The position numbers and the translations under genes are program-made. A stretch of DNA of 64,000 nt from contig OX597839.1 in NCBI GenBank assembly GCA_951406725.2, positions 20,212,001-20,276,000 on the forward strand, written 5' to 3'. The stretch comes from Octopus vulgaris (taxonomy: Eukaryota). A model generated the notes under the pieces. It had not been told where the DNA came from and made no database searches. It saw nothing but the letters and a program-made list of their open reading frames with translations. Below, piece after piece: positions 53,481 through 64,000 of this stretch (position 1 is the stretch's first letter; each line of letters begins with the position of its first letter).

Positions 53481-53561
53481 AGTGTGTATCATTGTGTATG
53501 TAGATAGATAGATATACAGACGGACGGACAATTAGACAGGCAGCCAGATAGACTGACAGAC

Positions 53562-53628
<67 letters not shown>

Positions 53629-53637
53629 CAGGCAGGC

Positions 53638-53670
<33 letters not shown>

Positions 53671-53689
53671 GGCAGACAAAATTCAAAAA

Positions 53690-54180
53690 TAATTCCCTGT
53701 ATGCCAGTTGACTTGGTGACTTGCGATAGACTTTTAGAACAAACATACTATGAACATGTTGCAAAACAAAGATGTCTAACAAGAACATCGAAACGAAGCC
53801 GATAAACTTTACATATAAGCATATAATGGAATCCATATGGGGTAACTGCCACGGCCACGTTCTGCAAATTTTCGTTTGTGATGCGTCAGAATTAAGAGCA
53901 AAAAATGAATGAAAGTCCTTTAAACAATATTTCAAAAAATTTACAGTTTACTATATCCATAGCCAATGGAAATGATATCGAGAAAGAAAGATCGGATGCA
54001 GAATTTCTTTGTTAAAACTGGTTCACCTGTGTTTAGTACTCTAAAAAAATGTTATTCAGAAATCAGGACTTTTCCTGCTGCTTGGCAAAAACGGTGAGTG
54101 CAAGCCTTAAGGCGGTGTTGTTGTGCACAAGGTAATAATGTTGTTTTCTTCAAAATTTTGCATAAAATCCAAAGAAAGAA
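53690..54180 (-). pseudogene. Possible highly decayed piggyBac-like transposase
   Basis: Peptides [37 protein letters not shown] occur in the order expected for piggyBac C-terminal motifs; recalled similarity only. Confidence 0.35.
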
Positions 54181-54380
54181 GCCAAACGAGATTAAATAAA
54201 TGTTTATAAGAACAGAAATAGAAAGCCTGTAAATAATCTCGGTGTCCGTAAAGCATCTTTACAAAATTTCACATTTCCATAATACAAATTGTAAAAGTAA
54301 TTTATGGACGCTCTCCATAGAAAACAACATAGGAAAAAATGAAAGATATATGTGTTTACGTGTGTATACATGTATATACG

Positions 54381-54440
<60 letters not shown>

Positions 54441-54727
54441 CCAGTCACTTTGCTTCTTACTCGGATTTTCAGAAATAACATAATCTACAAATGCTACAAA
54501 TATATATATATATATCATCGGATCTCCAGGAATCGATCTTTCTTCAATGCAGTTAATCTTACACCCTCTTTTGTATCTACCCCTTTTGATGTTTGGGAAT
54601 TCTCTGATGTTTTTTCGGCTGACGAGTACGAGCCATCTGTATTTACTGCATTTTTTGTAGCTTATTAAAGATGTCCTCGTACGAAACAATTGTACCGAGA
54701 TTTTAATCCATTCTTGTTGCTTTTTTC

Positions 54728-54796
<69 letters not shown>

Positions 54797-55159
54797 TACA
54801 GTGTGCATTTAAACACAAAAGAGGTTTGTTCTTTTGTCTTTGTTGCCGTACACATTTGCTAGTGTACTTATATGAATAATATATGGTCTATTGACCAAAT
54901 TTTTCACACGGTAGGCCACTGGTAATGGAGATTTCTCATATTTCAGATTACCCTTTGATATTATTATATAAGTTTGCTTCCTAAACACATGATTCTGGTT
55001 TCAGACCCTCTGTGTTGCCCCTTGGGCAAATACCTCCTAGTATGGTGTCGAGGCAACCAAGAACTGTAGACGGAAACTGAGAGAAGCTGGTGTGTGTATG
55101 TGTGTGTGTCAACGTTTGACCCACACAGCCGCATCACAAGCGGTGAGGGTGCGTTTATG

Positions 55160-55618
55160 CGAGGGCTGGAGGTGTTCGACAATGACTGTCTCCGCCGCAA
55201 GCGTCGCTGCAGACGTATCGATCGGGTTCCTGCAGCCGGTCTTCGTCATCGCCTGAATCTCCGGCCCCTCCCTTCAGTGCTTCTACACCGGCGCTTAAGG
55301 TGGTTCGGTCATGTGGCCCAACGTCCAGAGGGTGAGCTGATTCGCGATGTCCCCCTCCCACCTCCACTTCCCAGCTGGCGCAAACGCACGGGCGGACAGC
55401 TGAAGACCTGGGTAACGACGATAAAGGAGGACCTCTCCGAACTCTCAGGTCCACAGGTGGTCGGTCTGCGCAGATGGAACCGCGAATGGCTCGCTATCTC
55501 CAGTGACCTCGCACAGGACCGTTGAGCGTGGGCCGCCATGGTTCGTGATGCCGTTAGGAACAGAGAAGAAGCCAGCTCAACCCGCCCTGGGTGAGCGCCG
55601 CCACAAGTACAAGTACAA
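55160..55618 (+). pseudogene. 5'-truncated RTE LINE inserted in an old SINE-A (54965-55720)
   Basis: EVFDNDCLRR...RRLRWFGHVAQRP...GGQLKTW...LAQDR; (CAAGTA)n tail; 7-bp TSD GTTTATG. Confidence 0.92.
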
Positions 55619-56010
55619 GTTTATGTTTCCATAACTTAGTGTTTCAGCAAAGGAGATCGATAGGACGAATACCAAGTTTTAACAAAATCAGAACTGAACT
55701 CGATTCGCTTGACTAAAATTGTTCCAGGCGATACCTGGAATGGGGGGGGGGTTTGCATACGTAATAATAACAAAACATTGCTTCCAATATTTGTACAAAT
55801 TTTGGACAGCAATTTTAACGACAACGAAGGTTGATGGAAAGCAAAGTCGATCACGGTGGAATTTGAACTCAGAACGTAAAGACGGAGGAAATATCGCTAA
55901 GCATTTTGCTCGGCATGCTAACGAATCTGCCGGCTCTTTGTCTTAAGTAAATTTTTTAATATGCATTTCAAATTTTGGCACAAGGCCAGCAATGTCAGGG
56001 GAGGAGGTAA

Positions 56011-56340
56011 AAAAAAAAAGACTCCGCCGGTTACGACGACGAGGGTCCCAGCTGATACGATCAACGGAACAGCTTGCTCGTGAAATTAACGTGCAAATGG
56101 CTGAGCATTCCACAGACACGTGTACCCTTAACGTAGTTCTCGGGGAAAATCAGCGTGACACAGAGAGTGACAAGGCTGACCCTTTGAAATACAAGTACAA
56201 CTCATTTTTGCCAGCTGAGTGGACTGGAGCAACGTGAAATAAAGTGTCTTGCTCAGGGACACAACGCGTCGCCGGGAATCGAACTCACAACCTTACGATC
56301 ATGAGCCGAATGCCCTAACCACTAAGCCACGCGCCCTCAC
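56011..56340 (-). mobile_element. SINE family C, full length, nested in SINE-B
   Basis: Near-identical reverse complement of 52373-52698; TSD AGG(G/A)GAGGAGGTAA. Confidence 0.92.
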
Positions 56341-56509
56341 AGGAGAGGAGGTAAGTCGATAACATCGACCCCAAATGCACGACTAGTACTTATTTTATCG
56401 ACCCCGAAAGTATGAAATGCAAAGTAGACCTCGGCATAATTTGAACTCACACCGTGAAGACAGACGAAATGCCGCCAAACAATTTTCATATTAATTAAAA
56501 CTAAAGTGA

Positions 56510-56725
56510 AGGCGGTGAGCAGGTAGAATCGTTAGCACGCCGGACAAAGTGCTTAGCAGCATTTCGTCCGGTTTTGTATTCTAAATCCAAATGCCACCGA
56601 TGTCGACTTTACATTTCATCCTTTCGAGAACGATAAAATAAGTACCAGTCGAACACCGGGGTCGATCTAATCAACTTATCCCCTCCCCAATATTGCTGGC
56701 CTTGTGCCAAAATTTGAAACCAATA
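56510..56725 (+). mobile_element. SINE family B monomer (alternative tail)
   Basis: GGCGGTGAGCAGGTAGAATCGTTAGC head; tail ...GGCCTTGTGCCAAAATTTGAAACC. Confidence 0.8.
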
Positions 56726-57146
56726 TTAAAACTAAACAGTAATGTGTATTATTTCAACGTGTGATTATGAAACTAATAGCATTTCCGGTCACATATCTCC
56801 TACATGAACGCTTATTGATTCAATTATACAATTAATTATTTTATTATAATTATTTTTATTATGATATTTCATTAATGCAATTACTATATTTATTGATTAA
56901 AATTATTTTATTTCTTAATATATTTATATAACATTTATCCACTAAATATTATATCTAATATAAATGAGGTTTGATTGATTTTATGTAACTCGATAGAAAA
57001 CATATTAAAATATTGGAACAGAACCAAAATGTTTTCTGCGAGTATTACAAATTTTAATTGATTAAGGAGGAAATGAGTACTTGCAAACATCAGATCGATA
57101 TATATACATATACATTCATTTGACCAACATCGGCTTTCCTTTAATA

Positions 57147-57365
57147 CAGTGGTTTTCAACCTGGGTTCCGCGGAACCTTAGGGTTCCGCCAGTACAGTCC
57201 AGGGGTTCCGCAAGAAGTTACAAAACTACTAAAATCGGCAGTAATTTTTAATTCTCCTGTGCAGATATGTGTGCATATGACTATTAAATTATTGCACACG
57301 GGTTCCTCGAGCCAGTACAATGTTTCTTTGGGGTTCCGCTCCAGCAAAAAGGTTGAAAAGCACTG
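57147..57365. mobile_element. hAT (Charlie-like) MITE, 219 bp
   Basis: TIRs CAGTGGTTTTCAACC / GGTTGAAAAGCACTG; perfect 8-bp TSD CTTTAATA; subterminal GGGTTCC repeats. Confidence 0.95.
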
Positions 57366-57394
57366 CTTTAATATATATATATGTGTGTGTGTGT

Positions 57395-57745
57395 ACGTTC
57401 TGAGTTCAAATTCAGCCGAGATCGACTTTGCCTTTCATTTTTTCGGGGTCGATAAACTAAGTACCAGTTACGCACTGGGGTCGATATAATCGACTTAATC
57501 CGTTTGTCAGTCCTTATTTGTCCTCTCTGTGTTTAACCCCTTGTGGGTAATAGAGAAATAGGTATTTCGTCCACCGCTACGTTCTGGGTTCAAATTCTGC
57601 CAAGGTCGACTTTGCCTTTCATCCTTTCGGGGTCGATAAATTAAGTACCAGTTACATACTGGGGTCGATATAATCGACTTAATCCGTTTGTCTGTCCTTG
57701 TTTGTCCCCTCTGTGTTTAGCCCCTTGAGGGCAGTAAAGAAATAG
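57395..57745 (+). mobile_element. Headless SINE-B tandem dimer
   Basis: Two body units joined at GAAATA/GGTATTTCG. Confidence 0.85.
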
Positions 57746-57792
<47 letters not shown>

Positions 57793-57812
57793 CATGTAGG
57801 TATATAAAGAGT

Positions 57813-58196
57813 GTGGAGGTGCAATGGCCCAGTGGTTAGGGCAGCGGACTCGCGGTCATAGGATCGCGGTTTCGATTCCCAGATCGGGCGTTGTGAGTGT
57901 TTATTGAGCGAAAACACCTAAAGCTCCACGAGGCTCCGTCCGGCAGGGGATGGTGGCGAACCCTGCTGTACTCTTTCACCACAACTTTCTCTCATTCTTC
58001 CTGTTTCTGTTGTGCCTGCAATTCAAAGGGCCAGCCTTGTCACACTCAGTGTCACGCTGAATATCCCCGAGAACTACGTTAAGGGTACACGTGTCTGTGG
58101 AGTGCTCGGCCACTTGCACGTTAATTTCACGAGCAGGCTGTTCCGTTGATCGGATCAACTGGAGCCCTCGTCGTCGCAAGCGACGGAGTGCCAACA
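57813..58196 (+). mobile_element. SINE family D: different tRNA head/body, same 3' tail as family C
   Basis: TGGCCCAGTGG and TTCGATTCC boxes; from TTCAAAGGGCCAGCC onward matches C; TSD ATATAAAGAGT. Confidence 0.9.
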
Positions 58197-58217
58197 ATAT
58201 AAAGAGTTAAGTGAATA

Positions 58218-59092
58218 TACTGTCGTCTAAATTACGCAAAAATGAAAATAACACTGACGCATCATTTTAACAGCGATGCTTACCAAAATTACATTAAAAT
58301 ATCTTGAAATACTAAAGAGTAAATCTATTCAATAAAATCGCCATTGGCTTCAACCAATGGACCCCAGACGACTTCGGAATCTCCTGCAACTCTTCTGGAC
58401 GGTCTCCTTTTTTTAAGTTGGTGAATGCTGCCATAATCCTTGCCTTCAATTCATCTTTGGTGTTACAAGGAGTTTTGTTGGTGTCTCGCTCAACTGCGTC
58501 GCACACATAATAATCAAGGGAGTTGCAGTGTGTGGAGTTAAGTGGCCAGATATTAGGGGGTGATATGGTCGCAGAAATTTTCTGACAGCCATGAGTAGGT
58601 TCTCCTGCTTGTGTGGCATGGTGCAGAGTCCTGTTGTCAGACTCAGGGTCATCCAACAGCCACCCTCTTGACCCAGGGCAGCACTACCTCCTTCAGACAC
58701 TTGATGTAGACCTCTGTGTTGAGTCTCAGGCCGTGTGGGAAGATAAATTGAGGCATAACGTCGCCATCACTAGTGATTACTCCAAACACCTTGATGTTAA
58801 CTGACTATTTGATTTTTTTATCACTCTCGGTACATGTTCTGTGGACACGGCAAGCCAACAGTTGTTCTGTGCTTTCACCATTTGTTCGCATTGGAGATTC
58901 CGGCACGAATGCCAAGCAGTACAGCATGTCGTTTCCAAATTTCTGGCAGAGTGAATTGTGTCATGGTGCTGTTTTCTCACAGACGGTGCCCAACTGACCC
59001 TACTATACTGTGTAGTCGACAAAATCAAAAACAAACAATGTGTATACTCGAAACTAAGAGCGTAAAATGGTGACAATTTACTTATGGCAGCA
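58218..59092 (-). pseudogene. Tc1/mariner-superfamily transposase relic
   Basis: IWPLNSTHCNSLDYYVCDAVERDTNKTPCNTKDELKARI resembles WPPNSPD.NPLDY.VW motif; frameshifted. Confidence 0.8.
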
Positions 59093-59104
59093 TATATATA
59101 TATA

Positions 59105-59698
59105 TAGGACGGGCTTCTTTTCACTTTCCGTCTGACAAATCCACTCATAAGATTTTGATGAGCGGCCCGTGGCTATAGGAGAATACACTTTCCCAAGGTG
59201 GCACCTAGTGGGACTGCACCCGGAACTAGGTGGTTGGGAAACAAACTTCTTACTACACAGCTACGCCTGTATGTGGGTGTGTGTGTGTGTGTATAGGCGC
59301 AGGAGTGGTTCTGTGGTAAGTAGCTTGCTTACCAAATATATGGTTCGGGGTTCATTCCCACTGCGTGGAACCTTGGGCAAATATCGAACCGACCAAAGCC
59401 TTGAGTGGATTTGGTAGACGGAAACTGAAAGAAGCCCATCGGAAATATGTATATAAATATGTATGTGTGTGTGCGTATGTTTGTGTGTCTGTGTTTGTCC
59501 CCCCAACATCGCTTGACAACCGATGGTTGTGTGTTTACGTCCCCGTAACTTAGCGGTTCGGCAAAAGACCCCGATAGAATAAGTACTAGGCTTACAAAGA
59601 ATAAGTCCTGGGGTCGATTTGCTCGACTAAAGGTGGTGTTCCAGCATGGCCGCAGTCAAATGACTGAAACAAGTAAACGAGTAAAAGAGAGTAAAGAG

Positions 59699-59700
<2 letters not shown>
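59105..59700. mobile_element. Head-to-head SINE-A pair: 59105-59268 (-) and 59296-59700 (+, full length)
   Basis: Similarity to family A. Confidence 0.85.
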
Positions 59701-59737
<37 letters not shown>

Positions 59738-60081
59738 CTGTGTGTGTCTTAAAAGCATTCTATCCGATAAAGTAGCGACACATAGTTGTTGCAGGATCAT
59801 ATTTTCTATGTAATTATTTTATAATCTTACGTAGTAGTAAGTGAACGAGAACTCAGCAACTTAAAGCTGGTGTCCGGCACAGAAACATGTGTTGTAACAT
59901 GCAATTAAAGCCTGATGTTTCCACTGTCGGCTTCTTTTAGTTTCCGCCTACCAAATTTACTCAAAAGATTTTGGCCTGCCTGAGAGCAGAATAGAAGACA
60001 CTGGTCCGAGGTGTCACGCAGTGGGACTGAAACCCGAACCATGTGGCTGAACAGAAGCTTTTTACCTCACAGCCACGCCTG

Positions 60082-60160
<79 letters not shown>

Positions 60161-60612
60161 ACTGACGTTTTTACCCCAGGAACGACCAGAACTTTCGTGA
60201 GTGGATTTGGCAGACGAACTCTGAAAGAAGAACTTGGCTGCAAAATAAAAATTATTTGGTTCGATTTCTACGACAAACCCATCAATGGGCGTGCCCCAGC
60301 ATGGCCGCAGTTCAATGACTAAAACAAAGAAAAATAACGAAAGAGTAAAATAAAAAAGAAAACAGGCATAGATGAATGCCACAAAGGAAATGAGAACGAA
60401 AAATGATTTTGAATAAGCTTTTGATGGAATACAAAATGGCGGATGTGAGACCTCTGGAGGAATAACAGTCACGTCGGATTGTAATTCGTCCATGAAATAT
60501 TTCACAATGCTTCACACATTTCCTGGCGTAATTTAATTAATTTGATTTAGAACGAAAAATAGGGAGGTTTATTATAGAAATTATTAAAAAAAATATAGGG
60601 ACAACAATACCA

Positions 60613-60634
60613 ACAGACAGACAGACAGACAGAC

Positions 60635-60678
<44 letters not shown>

Positions 60679-60679
60679 T

Positions 60680-60748
<69 letters not shown>

Positions 60749-60830
60749 ATACAGACATCCAAGACGGACAGACAGATAGACAGACATAGGAAGAGAGACA
60801 GATACATACATACATACATACATACATAGT
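60613..60830. repeat. (GACA)n/(GATA)n/(CATA)n microsatellites
   Basis: Direct inspection. Confidence 0.95.
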
Positions 60831-61059
60831 CCAAGAGAGTGAAGGAGATATACAGAGAGACAGTTTGACATTGTAATATATCAGAAGCGTGGTGATACCG
60901 GGAGAGGCAGGCAGGCAGGCAGGCAGGAAGGCGGGCAGGCGGGAAGGCAGGCAGACAGAGAGTCATGCCGTCAGACAGGGACATAAACAAACAATCTCTC
61001 ACTCGATCTCTTGTTAATAATGAGTGCCTGGTTTATTTCTTTCGATTTAGGGGTAAGGT

Positions 61060-61096
<37 letters not shown>

Positions 61097-61209
61097 ACAT
61101 GAATCACTAAAGTGTATCTGCTTGTAATATTTTACGACTTATTTTTGCAAAAGGAGAAAGCTGTATCCGTATGTGTGTATGTATGTCTGTCAGTCTACCT
61201 ATTTGTGTG

Positions 61210-61251
<42 letters not shown>

Positions 61252-61271
61252 TTTGTATCTACATATGAGAG

Positions 61272-61316
<45 letters not shown>

Positions 61317-61340
61317 ATGTACGTATTATGTATCTATCTA

Positions 61341-61374
<34 letters not shown>

Positions 61375-61921
61375 TGTGTGTGTTATTGTGTCTGTGTTTG
61401 TCCCACTAGCATTGTTTGACAACCGATGCTGGTGTGTTTATGTCCCCCTTACTTAGCGGTTCGGCAAAAGAGACCGATAGAATAAGTACTGGGCTTACAA
61501 AAGAATAAGTCCCGGGGTCGATTTGCTCGATTACATACGTACATTCATAAATACATACACATATATACATGCATACACACATACATATTTACATTCATAA
61601 ATACATACGTGGATACATGCATACGTACGTACATACATATATTCATAAATGCATATATACCTACACACATTCATAAATACATAGTTGCATACATACATAC
61701 ATACATACATACATACATACATACATACATACATACATGCACCCATACACAACTTCAAACGTACAGAACCATAGCCTTACGTAGCATAGATTCAGTAAAA
61801 GACGTTAGAATGTACTTATTGGCATGTCGCTCCATCTGGCCACCACTTCCGTTAAACAGATGGTTTGCATACCCTAAACATTTGTAGTTTTTCAAGAGTA
61901 ATTCATTCTTTCTCTATTCCT

Positions 61922-62012
<91 letters not shown>

Positions 62013-62326
62013 CACTTTCCCATCTCATTTCGTCTCATATTTGAAATTTTGATGGTGAAATACATTCTAGTCCTTTTCCGTTGCGATCAATCTATTTATC
62101 TTTCTATTTATCTATCTATCCATCTATTTACTTATTTGTCAATATATCTATCTATCTACCTAGTAACCTATCTAACTAACTATGTATGCATTTACCTACC
62201 TGCCTATCTCTCTTTGTCTGTCTGTCTATCTCCCCCCTCTCTCTCTCCTTCTTCCCTTCTTTCCTGAGCGTCCAATACTATATTTCTTCCACGTCCTCGC
62301 GTTGTTGTGTTTTTTTGTTTTTCTTG

Positions 62327-62379
<53 letters not shown>

Positions 62380-62464
62380 TAAATTTACAGAAAGACAAAA
62401 AACGAAGACAGGTGTATAAACAACAAACAAGTGTATTAGTTTGACGCTCGGGAAGGTGAGAAAG

Positions 62465-62502
62465 CCTTTTACGTTTCGAGCCGATGCTCTTCAACAGAAA
62501 GG
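62465..62502 (-). ncRNA. Hammerhead motif with variant core CUGUUGA in PLE-like fragment 62378-62550
   Basis: Minus strand CCUUU-CUGUUGA-A-GAGC(AUCG)GCUC-GAAA-C-GUA-AAAGG; stem I covaries with the 2938 copy. Confidence 0.7.
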
Positions 62503-62600
62503 AACACGAGGAAATAAACACAGAGAGAGAATAAAAAAATAATCAAATAGTGTGTGTGCGTAAATATATGTGCGCGTGTATATGTATATACACACATACG

Positions 62601-62668
<68 letters not shown>

Positions 62669-62724
62669 AAGGTCTTCCATATAGTCTCCGTTTACCAAGT
62701 CATTTGTCGGTCCGGTGTCTATAT

Positions 62725-62926
62725 GATCTTTTCTACTGTAGGCACAAGGCACGAAATTTTGGGGGAGAGGGCCAGTCGATTAGAATGTCCCCAGTACGCA
62801 CCTGGTACTTAATTTATCGACCCCGAAAGGATGAAAGGCAAAGTCGACCTCGGCGGAATTTGAACTCAGAACGAAATACCGCTAAGCATTTCTCCCGACG
62901 CGCTAACGTTTCTGTCAGCTCGCCGC
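62725..62926 (-). mobile_element. SINE family B monomer
   Basis: Similarity to 19555-19753 and 33900 copies. Confidence 0.85.
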
Positions 62927-63905
62927 TGTGAGATTGAACCCGAAACCACGAAGTTACAAAGCGACTTCTGAACCATGCAACCACGCCTGCGCTTATATTA
63001 TGTAACCTTTGCATGAGAATTAGCGATTCAGCTTATCTATATCTTTCACATTACGAGAGAATTTAATAATTGCAGATGAATTTGACATGTTCCGTTATTT
63101 TTATATTCTTTTCTATTTTTACTCCTCAACTTTCCAAGCTCGTTCTTTCGGCCATTTTGCAAAATTGAAACCTGATCTGAATTCGTAAAAATCCCTGAAC
63201 AATTCGGCAAGGGAGGACTAACGAAATTCGTGAATTATTTGCCAGAATACAAATGCGGTTCTTTGAGACCTCTTTGCTGTCTATATCACAATTTGGAATG
63301 CTGATTACGAAAATTTTTCTATTTCCTTCCAAAATTTCATTCTCGGCGACGGTTCAGAATAAACAACGTTCTTAACGCGTTGTATCTTTGAGGAAGACTT
63401 GTAGACCGAGTACAGACACTTGCATAACAAAAAAGAAAACGCATCCGATGGTCGATAATGCCGAAAGATAAAGACCCCCTGTTATGCAAATGTGTGCAGA
63501 GTGAACTAACTATATTCTATGTGTAGGGGGAGGTGTACATGTGTATGTGCACGTGTGTGTAAGTGTGTGCTGTTATCGTTGTTTAGTCAAAGACAGGCTC
63601 TAATATAAAAGGACTATGACGAAAGGCATTCCTGCCGTGGCCGTCGCCTCTTTCACCCTATGAAAACAATCCTACAGGACATGCAGCCATTTACAGGCTC
63701 AGTGTGTATGTATGTATTACAGTGTTATGATACGCATGCATAAATATATACGCATATATATATGCATGTATATGTATAATATATATGTATGCACGCTTAA
63801 ATATCTATATCTATCTATATATCTATATGTGTATGTATATATATATATATACATATATATATGCGCGCGTGTGTGTGTGTATAAAAGCATATATATATAC
63901 CTATG

Positions 63906-63956
<51 letters not shown>

Positions 63957-64000
63957 ATATATGTATATGTATATATATAAGATGTGATGAAGTTATGTTA

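Noticed and set aside
57915-57970. HDV-like L3 motif (AGC-UCCACGAG-GCU) in SINE-D
   Set aside because: No consistent P1/P2 pseudoknot by eye

Overview
Eukaryotic, AT-rich, extremely microsatellite-dense, essentially non-coding DNA. The repeat repertoire suggests an octopus/coleoid cephalopod intron or intergenic region (inference from recalled repeat families). Almost every ORF in the supplied track is a translation of a simple repeat, and no intact host gene could be identified. Non-microsatellite DNA is mostly mobile elements. There are at least four tRNA-headed SINE families (labelled A-D here), one of which forms head-to-tail ~170-185 bp arrays. LINE relics include RTE, CR1 and R4/Dong types. 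DNA transposon relics include mariner/Tc1, a hAT MITE and a possible piggyBac, plus several fold-back elements. The most notable signal is nine minimal type I hammerhead-ribozyme motifs in Penelope-like (PLE) terminal-repeat fragments inserted in (TA)n. One family consistently carries a non-canonical CUGUNGA core with covarying stems, and two motifs lie in tandem ~290 nt apart. Other highlights: a covarying 3' stem-loop shared by SINE-A and ~50-nt stand-alone retroinserts, a triple-nested insertion, a twin-priming-like inverted RTE, and weak candidate alternative first exons on the minus strand. All coordinates were read by eye; ends of degenerate elements are approximate.
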